Assembly: GCF_009914755.1 (NCBI RefSeq)
Contig: NC_060928.1
Length of the DNA: 64,000 nucleotides
Reading direction: 5' to 3' (one strand)
DNA from: the human T2T-CHM13v2.0 reference genome, Homo sapiens
Shown: positions 54,862 through 64,000 of the stretch, piece after piece
Numbering within the stretch: the stretch's first letter is position 1
Layout of the letters: each line of letters opens with the position of its first letter
Notes under the pieces: generated by a model
Told to the model about the DNA's origin: nothing
The model's database searches: none
What the model saw: the letters and a program-made list of their open reading frames with translations, nothing else
Translations under genes and position numbers: made by a program

Positions 54862-55415
54862 GAGATAATTAATTTCACTAGCTATTAGAGAAATGTAATA
54901 TCCTCTTACAAAAACTATACTGGCAAAAAAATCAAGATGTCATATCACAGGTGGTGAGGGCATGGGTCAACAGGAGCTCATACAATACTGGTAGGACTGG
55001 AAGTTGGTGCAATTACTTTGGAAAACAATTTGATATTACCTTATAAAGATGGTAATATAACATAAAGATGCATGTATCTTATAATTTAGCAATTCTACTA
55101 CTAGTTTTAGGAGACCCAAGATAAACTCTAAAACGTGTACACCAGGAAATATCTTTAAGAAAATTCACAGCAGCATTGTTGATAATAACAAAAACTGGAA
55201 AACACTCAAGTATCTAGCAACAGAATGAATAAATAATTTATACCATATTCCCATTATGAACTTTACACAGGGAAAATGAACGTGCTGTTGTTACATGTAA
55301 CAATATGAATAATTCTTAGAACTATGAGGGAGTGGAAAATACAAATTGCAGAAAATGTGCCCAAACCAGCAAAACTAAACAATATGTTGCTTAGGGAAAT
55401 ATACAGAAGAGATAG

Positions 55416-55748
<333 letters not shown>

Positions 55749-55911
55749 TAAAAGGATGAGGAGAGATACGCAGGAAGGGGGTATATTCTAGTCCTGAGAT
55801 GGGAAATGGGTTTCTAGTAGCTGGTATTTATTTTGTACATAACTTAAAAATATTTTATATGTTATTTAAAATATTTGTCACTATTAAAATATCTAACATC
55901 AAAACAAAACA

Positions 55912-56315
<404 letters not shown>

Positions 56316-56992
56316 CTATCAGTGTGTCAGTTTAACACTCTTTTGACAAGTATATGAAGAAACAGAGTAGCAAGAATGGATATAACCTCCAGCCTAGAAA
56401 TGGAAAATGCTCTGCACATGTGTGGAAGTGAGAAGAGCTGTTATCGTGAGTAATAGAGAAATGGGCTATACATCAGCTGGTAAGATAAAAGTTTTATCCA
56501 TCACAAAAAAGCTTTTCTAGATGCTTAAAATCACAAGAGTCATGCTTTGAGTAAAGATGAATTAGTGCAATGAAGAGGAAAAGGCCATCAAGTGCTTTTG
56601 GAGAAAAAAACAGAAGTTGCAGAGGGTACAGCTGGAATACCTGCTTAGGCCTTTTAGCCAGCCTGCAGATCCATGTCGCCTGGTCACCTGACTGTGTTAG
56701 CTATTTTCAATGAGTGAAGACGGGCAGAGTTCAATTTCTTACCTGTGTGCTTAGGTCTTCAGTACAAAACCTCAGGGCCTTGAGAGGTTTGCACATTCAC
56801 TGACTGGCTGTAGGGAGTTATCCTATTTGAAGTGCACCATCTGTTTGCAGTTGGGACCCTAACTGATACAAGCAGGCCTATTAATTATCTCTCCCAAACC
56901 AGCTGTTGGCAATTGTGGGAGTGGTTTCTTGGCAGCAGTTGCCATCCACTCTCTGCCTATATTCCTTGTAAACAAAGGTGTCTATAAAGCAG

Positions 56993-57150
56993 CAGCAGTT
57001 TTCAAAGGTGGCCTCAGACTTGTGAGAAATGCCAATGTCTGGGCCCCACCCAAGACCTAGTGAATCCCACACGTTGGGGTTGGGGCCAGCCACCTGCTTT
57101 AATAAGCCCTTCGGGTGCTGACGATAAGTGCTACAGTGTCAGAACCATTA
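56993..57150. mobile_element. MER5A-like
   Basis: agcagttttcaaagg...gggccccacccaagacctagtgaatc...agaaccatt. Confidence 0.6.
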
Positions 57151-57844
57151 GCAGAGGGGAATGGGGAGGAATAGGCAGCAGCTTGATGCTAGTAGCAGCT
57201 GAACATTTAACACAGCCTGAAGGGACAAGGGAAGGGAGGCGTTCCTAGAACCCAGGAAGAAAAAGTCAGATTGCGCCACCTTGAGAAAGCAGCCATGTGC
57301 CACTGAAGGACACAGCCATCCCCACGTAGCTTGCCAGGGAACAAATACCATGTCTTCACTAGCCTCCCTCCCTGCATCTCCCATCTGGGCTCCCACTGAA
57401 GCAAGGAAGAGCAGGAGGTGCATTGATAGGAGCGGCTCGACCCCCTTAGCAGACTGCAGAAGGGCGGAAGGTAGAGGCAAGCGAAAGGTATTAGGCCTTG
57501 CCATCCCTGCCTTTGGTTTAGCAGCCCACACTCAAGATTGAGAGTCGAGGGTGAGGCGATGGCACCAGAGACAGCAACATAAACCCTGAGTACTTGTCCC
57601 ATTTTCTGATCTTATGCTAGGAGTAGCACCGTCTGAGTTGGATGACTGATCTTTATAGAATTTAATACTGCAGACGTGGAAGAAGTGAGGAGGGAAGCTT
57701 AAAGACTAGGGAAAACATACTTCTTGTGGAAGGATTTCATATGGGGGCGAGTCTCAGGGGATCATTATGCCATCATCTTAAGTGACTCAAGGCTGTTTCA
57801 ACAATCTTCTAAACAGATTACTTTTTTGGAGATTAATGAATTGA

Positions 57845-58231
<387 letters not shown>

Positions 58232-58729
58232 CATCATCTAATTCTATAGCCCATACCCTCCCCACATTTGACAATGAGGGGGGAAAATCCCTAAAATGAT
58301 TGTGATAATTACTCTAGTCACAATAACAGAGCAAAGGTAGCCCAGGGTCTAGTACCTTGAGTTCAGGAAATCGCTTGGTAGCTTATTGAGGGGATAAGCA
58401 TTCACTACGTTCGTTTTGTGGATGAGTTATTACCAAACACCTAGAACTGTGATAGTCAGGAGCGACACGCTTTGTATCTTCCAAGAGGATTTTCCATGTA
58501 ATGGGATGTCTTAGGAGGTTTTGGTACTCCTACTAGCTTTCAGTGCTTTGCAGAGAGATGATAAACCTACAGTGTAAGCGGATAATATCACCACCTTTGG
58601 GAGATGTTATAAGAGCTCTAGCAACAGTTCCCTAAAGTCCTGTGCATTTCACATAATGGCTACAAATGATCTCATGAAAAAATAGGACCCCCTTAATTAT
58701 TTTCTCAGGACCCCCTAAATTATTGATAG

Positions 58730-59116
<387 letters not shown>

Positions 59117-59977
59117 TAATGTGTCCTATATGGGCAGGGCACCTGTGTGGATAAGCCCATCAAAACCTCATTGCTGAATCTTTAGTTTAATAAAAGTTAC
59201 TGTTTCTTCACTCTTAACATTTCTTGATTTTTTTTTTTTTTTGGAAAGCCTCCTTAATCGTGTCTCTTAATGCCTCTCTGAAGTAAAGCGCATTTTGATT
59301 AAATAGCCATAAAATGCATTTACCTGTGCTTCATTTGGCAGTGGCTCTCTGATATCATATTGCTTGGATGTGAAATGAAAGGTTCTGGAAATGAGTTGAG
59401 TACTTTGACTGCAGAAGCCTAAATAACTGGACTACCTCTGTTTATTTTTTGGTTTTTTGTTTTTCTTTTTTGAAAGTATGTGTGTCATCTCTGGTCTATT
59501 TATTTCTATTGTGAAGAGGCAATGTTGAGGTTATGCTGTACATTTAAGAGACTGAGATAAAGGTTGTATAAATATATTTAAGAGGCACTCATTTTCTGGA
59601 AATGTTCTAATTACAAGATATCCTATTTAGGTAAAAACGTATCCAATATGCCTTTTGATTGTGTATATGTGTTTTGAAAAGGTTTAGCTGTGGGAACATT
59701 CTCGATTCCCTTTATGTCCAGATATTTCCTGTTGGATAGTTATTTTTGAATAGTGGTTTTATTTTAGTGTGTGTTTTAAATATAGTGATTGTATTAAGAG
59801 GGATAACTTTTTGGTAGACTTTAGCCTGCCAAGTCAAGTGAATCCATTTCTGAAAATCTTCAGGATTCTTTTTTTTGAAGCTTAATGTTCTTCTGAAAAG
59901 GATGAGAAGTTTTTGAATTCCACTATGCAGGCCATCTGTGTTTGCTATTGCAATATATTCCAAATGTTTATTCTGTA

Positions 59978-60015
59978 AAACTTCAGTATTTTCACAAACT
60001 TCAGTATTTTCACAA
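59978..60015. repeat. 18-bp tandem duplication
   Basis: aaacttcagtattttcac x2. Confidence 0.9.
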
Positions 60016-60559
60016 TTAGCTATGGGAATATTCAACAGGAAGCAAGAGTAGTGGTGTAAACATCACGGTGCTTAGACCACTGAGCATCACCCTCTCATGT
60101 GCTGCTCCGCCCAGGCTGTGCACACGGGACACGGTGACTGTGATCCAGACGCTTCTGGAAAAGGAACAAGGCAGGCGCGGGATCCAGGAGAGTGGCCATG
60201 AATACTTGCTATGTTCATTAAGCAGCAGTTCCACAACTAATTGTGTCACTGTGATCATTATCTTGGCATGCTGCACTGATTCATTTTTGGACACGATTAC
60301 ATAGCCAAATATAGAAAGCTAATCTGAAATACCCGCTTAAAAAAAAACCCGAATAATCTATGGTGAATGTTTTTATGCATTTTATGAAATTACCTTCCAG
60401 TTTTATTTTAGGCTCAGATCTGACTCTTGCTTGGCTAGGTTCATATTGCATTTTTCATGTGCCAAGACTCCCTTTTTAATGCATCTACCTGGGAATTATT
60501 CGTGGAAACTTCATGGAAAGATTGTTTTGCTGAAGAATACAAATGACAGGGCTAGAACG

Positions 60560-60750
60560 TGGGCTTTGCCATCAGACACACCGAAGTCAGACTGCCACTT
60601 GGGACTTGGGACAAGTTACTTAACAGTTCCGAGCCCCAGTTTTCTTATCTAAAAATGTACATAATAATAGTTACCTAATAGGCTCGTATTGACTGAACAT
60701 ATGTAAGCACCTAATAAAGTCTGAGACACAGCAATTACTCCAACATAGGT
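60560..60750 (+). mobile_element. MIR
   Basis: gacaagttacttaac...cagttttcttatctaaaaatg. Confidence 0.65.
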
Positions 60751-61439
60751 TCCAACTTTCTCCATCCTTTATGTATTTGTTACCTATTGACTGTTGTAAA
60801 ACGTATTCAAATTCTATTTGAGCAATAACCTAAAAGTCTTCTTTATATCTTTAAAAGGCATAGATTAGATAATTGTTATATAGGAAATTTGATCTCCTGG
60901 CATAATACAACTCTTCAAGCTGAACTCTAATAAGCTTTCTTCCATAGATTTGGGTCTTTCAACTATCTTATCCCTGTTATCAGTGTTTCAGATAGGGCCA
61001 TTTGGATGCAAATTAGCCAGAAAATGAACTCGGGAGAAGTGTTCATTTAGAGACCAATATTGTAGTACTCTGATCCAAAGAACTTTGTCACAAAATGGGA
61101 TCACGCAAAGGTCAGTAGTAATAAGACAAAAACATAAATCAAAGTAGAATCTTCCTATAAATTAATAGTAGTACACTCAGCTATCATCACATCAATCAGA
61201 ATTATTTATTAAGATGTCAATAAGTAGTATAGTATCTCTTGGTTTCTTCATGTTTCATAGTTTATGCAATTGCAAATACTTTATAATGTAACCCTCTGCA
61301 GTGTAAAAAGAATCCCATTGTTTAATAAATATCTATTCACTTTTCCACCTTCAGGACATTCAGGAGCACATATACGTTCTCACTTTACTACTGATCTTAC
61401 AATGTTTATTACTGTTAATTCTTTATTTTTCTCTGCTTG

Positions 61440-61632
61440 TGGTTTTTGGACTTCATCAGACATCAGAACCACCCAAGGGGTTGTTGAAACACAGGTTGCT
61501 GGTTCTTCCCACCCACTCAGATTTTCAGAATTGGGAGGACTTGATTGGGGCCTCACAATCTGCACTTCTCACGAGTTGCCGGGGATTGCTGATGCTGCTG
61601 GTTCAGAGACCAGGCTTCGAAATACCACTATT
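61440..61632. mobile_element. MER5A
   Basis: catcagaaccaccc...gctgatgctgctggttcagagacc. Confidence 0.65.
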
Positions 61633-61747
61633 CGAGTCCTACCAAGTCTAGTATTCTAAACTATCATTTTAAACATATAATTATGGGGAAGTTTTTATGA
61701 CTTGGTTGAGGTAGAAGAAGACGATGTATTTGTGGAAGCGAAAAGGT

Positions 61748-61957
61748 GTAAGGTGTGCTGAGAAATGCTTAACAACCAGCTCTGGAGTGGGGGTAGGGGA
61801 AGGGAATCGGAAGGGAGAGCTCTCATAACTGTGGTGCAGCTATTCCCACCACGGCCGACCTGAGACTATCAACGTAACATCCGCATGCGGAGCTGGGAAG
61901 AGTGTTTTCCACAGTCGCAGCGATGAGCTGGTGGTTGCTGGTTCTAGCACACCAGTG
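61748..61957. mobile_element. MER63-like hAT element
   Basis: Inverted ends ggtgtgctgag ... ctagcacaccagtg. Confidence 0.5.
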
Positions 61958-62132
61958 AAACGAGCTGTGGTGTTATTATAAAAGCAAATGAGAGGAAGAG
62001 ATGGTAATGAGCATTTGTTTTCTAAACAAGCACAAATAAACCCCCACAATAATTGATGTTTAGTAGGCTACAAAACAAGCCTCAAAAAATATCAAACTAT
62101 TAATAGAATATTGACTATTTTCCTTATATAAT

Positions 62133-62707
62133 TGTCTTGCTGGACCCTTATTAACTCCAACAGGATGGCACCAGGTTTGAGAGGCCGAGGAAGAGACCCA
62201 GAGCCAGCAAATGAAATATGGGGTTGATCGAAGGGGGCTTACATACAGGGCAGTGCAGTGATGGCAGGCGGATGGGAGAACTGCTGCCACTGAAGGAAGC
62301 GTGTGGTTTATATGCGCGCAGGAAGCGTGTGGTTTATATGCGCGCAGGAAGCGTGTGGTGTATATGCGCGCAGGAAGCGTGTGGTGTATATGCGTGCAGG
62401 AAGCGTGTGGTTTATATGCGTGCAGGAAGCGTGTAGTTTATTTAGCACCTTCACTTAGCACCCTTCCCCTGCAACCCCCATGTGGCAATCCTCATTTAAC
62501 CCAAAAGGCCTCAATCCCTTCATAAAGCCCATGTTCCATGGGATGCGCTGGGGCTCAGATGTTCCTCATAGATAAGGAATGAATTTCGGAGTTCAGCACT
62601 TTGGGATTCCTTACTTCAGAGCGCCACACACACATTCAGGTGTGTCTGCCATACAGGGTCATTCTCAGGTGTGTTAAGTTATTGCTGTCAGGTGCATTTA
62701 CCATGCA
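62133..62707 (-). mobile_element. ERVL solo LTR (LTR47-like) containing the 26-bp VNTR
   Basis: Minus strand starts TGCATGGTAAATGCACCTGACAGCAATAAC and ends ...GACA; 5-bp TSD-like ATAAT/ACAAT. Confidence 0.7.
62294..62441. repeat. 26-bp VNTR, ~5.7 copies, inside an LTR
   Basis: aggaagcgtgtggt(t/g)tatatgcg(c/t)gc at 62294, 62320, 62346, 62372, 62398 and 62424. Confidence 0.96.
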
Positions 62708-62916
62708 ACAATGCAATTCACAAGATAACTTTTTAAAATTTAGAAAGCAGATTCTGGTTCCAAATAATATGGAGCACGTACACTCTACTCGATGTCTCTC
62801 CCACTGAACAGCAGCCGTAAAACTAAGACAGAATGCATGCAGCAGCTATTTGAGGATCCTGGAAAGTAAATAGTAGGAGGCAGAACACAGAAGATCAGAA
62901 TTCAAGTAGCATTTAA

Positions 62917-63417
<501 letters not shown>

Positions 63418-63839
63418 TAGAGTTGAACTTATCTCCAAACCGTGATCTCATTGAGAGAAAAATAAATGTTTTGCATTGTAAGCCTCTGAGACTTGAGGGT
63501 TGTTTATTACTCTGGCACCAGGTGACTAATGCATATGAGTTCACGGCAACATTGCTTAAACAGTGATGTTTGAAAATGACATAAATGTCCATTGGAAAAG
63601 ATGACTAAATGCATTGTGGGATATTCAGATGCTGGGATAAAAGGTAGTTATATTGAGTGAACAAAGACCACACGTGTCGAAATATGTAAGTATTAAACAT
63701 AATGTTTATTCCAAAGCTTTCTGGAGAAGGCTAAATACAGTATAATAAAACATAATTTTACAAAATGTCGAATACCGTTTTGTATTACTTATGGATACAT
63801 ATGTAGTGAACTTGTTAAGATGTAAGAATAATATATATA

Positions 63840-64000
63840 TTTTTTGAGACATGGTCTTACTTGTGGCCCAGGCTGGCGCGCAGTGCAGCAACCATCGCAG
63901 CCTCGAACTCCTGGGCTCAAATGATTCTCCTGCCTAGGCCTCCCAAGTAGCTGGGACTACAGGCATGTGACACTGTGCCTAATTTTTTATTTTATTATTT
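63840..64000 (-). mobile_element. AluJ (right arm, cut by the window end)
   Basis: Reverse Alu arm. Confidence 0.88.

Overview
Human (or very closely related primate) genomic DNA covering the 5' end of FAT1 (atypical cadherin 1, 4q35), transcribed on the minus strand. The only real coding sequence is the 3,283-nt exon 2 (23266-26548; ATG at 26530), encoding the signal peptide and about 9.5 cadherin repeats. A GC-rich non-coding first exon lies at ~40370-40540, and a probable distal alternative first exon and promoter at ~43060-43500. Bases 1-23265 are intron 2, 26549-40369 intron 1, and >44 kb upstream intergenic DNA dense in Alu, MIR/L2, L1, MER and LTR elements. Nearly all other ORFs in the track are repeat or CpG-island artefacts. 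Best leads: (i) the exon-2 circle would encode a 1,115-aa secreted ectodomain with a unique 27-aa tail; (ii) a recursive-splice-like site at 15889/15890; (iii) a 26-bp VNTR multiplying the TATA/ETS/RUNX core of an upstream LTR pointing toward FAT1; (iv) a 39-bp VNTR arraying E2-boxes beside a perfect cryptic donor; (v) an rG4 plus uORF module in the 5'UTR. Repeat family names, isoform structure and polymorphism identities come from recall of consensus sequences, not from searches.
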